From Eledone cirrhosa (Eukaryota), in NCBI GenBank assembly GCA_964016885.1, contig OZ024743.1:137392001-137456000 (forward strand): a stretch of DNA of 64,000 bases, written 5' to 3'. The translations under genes were made by a program, and so were the position numbers. This document shows, one piece after another, positions 63,701 through 64,000 of the stretch. How positions within the stretch are numbered: the first letter of the stretch is position 1; the number at the start of each line of letters is the position of its first letter. Below the pieces are notes generated by a model. That model saw only the letters and a list, made by a program, of their open reading frames with translations, ran no database searches and had not been told where the DNA came from.

Positions 63701-64000
63701 TTTGGTGTTTGGTGCTTGCTGCTTGCTGCTTGGTGTTTGGTGCTTGGTGATTGGTGCTTGGTGTTTGGTGCTTGGTGTTTGGTGCTTGGTACTTGGGGCT
63801 TGGTGTTTGGTGCTTGGTGCTTCGTGCTTGCTGTTTGGTGCTAGGTGCTTGGTGTTTGGTGTTTGGTGCTTGGTGTTTGGTGCGTGGTGCTTGGTGCTGT
63901 GTGGTTGGCGTTCGGTGCTTGGTGCTTGGTGTTTGGTGCTTGGTGCTTGGTGTTTCGTGCTTGGTGCTTGGTTCTTGGTCTTTGGTGTTTGGTGTTTGGT
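57530..64000. repeat. 4083-bp tandem duplication, second copy truncated by the window edge
   Basis: Constant offset 4083 for ORF pairs 57540/61623, 57592/61675, 58726/62809 and 59573/63656. One difference seen at G59873/C63956. Confidence 0.88.

Larger units (their letters stand above)
20175..64000 (+). repeat. 7-bp satellite array, GT-rich orientation: (CTTGGTG/TTTGGTG)n; same family as 1-19370, inverted; runs off the right edge
   Basis: Exact reverse complement of the left-arm consensus, with shared rare landmarks, e.g. GGTGATTAGTGTTTGGTGATTGG at ~21646 versus CCAATCACCAAACACTAATCACC at ~702. Very little A on the + strand. Confidence 0.98.

Noticed and set aside
38-63844. Hundreds of ORFs resembling hydrophobic W/C-rich membrane proteins or mucin-like TKHQAPS repeats
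   Set aside because: They are direct translations of a stop-free heptamer. The same 7-aa peptide appears in all three frames of a strand, and there are no unique domains or codon-position signal.
1-64000. Synthetic DNA or deliberately encoded binary message, or pure sequencing noise
   Set aside because: Rare substitutions and indels are inherited across nested duplications with graded divergence, as expected for natural satellite evolution. No adapters, indices or fixed-length framing are visible.
1-64000. Giant foldback transposon with satellite arms as terminal inverted repeats
   Set aside because: The arms are not collinear mirror copies and carry private landmarks. No termini, TSD or transposase is visible, and the centre is a gap.

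Overview
This window contains no credible genes. It is almost entirely one 7-bp simple satellite with a two-state position (CACCAA[A/G], reverse complement [T/C]TTGGTG) and looks like eukaryotic heterochromatin. The layout is: CA-rich orientation at 1-19370, a 200-N assembly gap at 19371-19570, an unrelated ~25-29 bp two-type minisatellite (core AAATTATCTCCCC) at 19571-20179, and the same heptamer satellite in the opposite (GT-rich) orientation at 20175-64000. Rare heptamer variants act as landmarks. They reveal nested higher-order repeats (offsets 263, ~391-440, 770-854, 2078, 2283-2311, ~2.3-2.7 kb, 4083, 4599, 4849, 5105, ~9.3 kb and ~15.7-16.5 kb) and distinct sub-domains. All ORFs in the track are explained by a stop-free heptamer read in six frames. 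The most notable points are the strand switch around the gap and minisatellite, the microhomology junction between the two repeat families, the telomere-like two-state heptamer and the layered HOR expansion. Offsets were derived by eye from landmarks and ORF-track coordinates; no alignment or database search was run.
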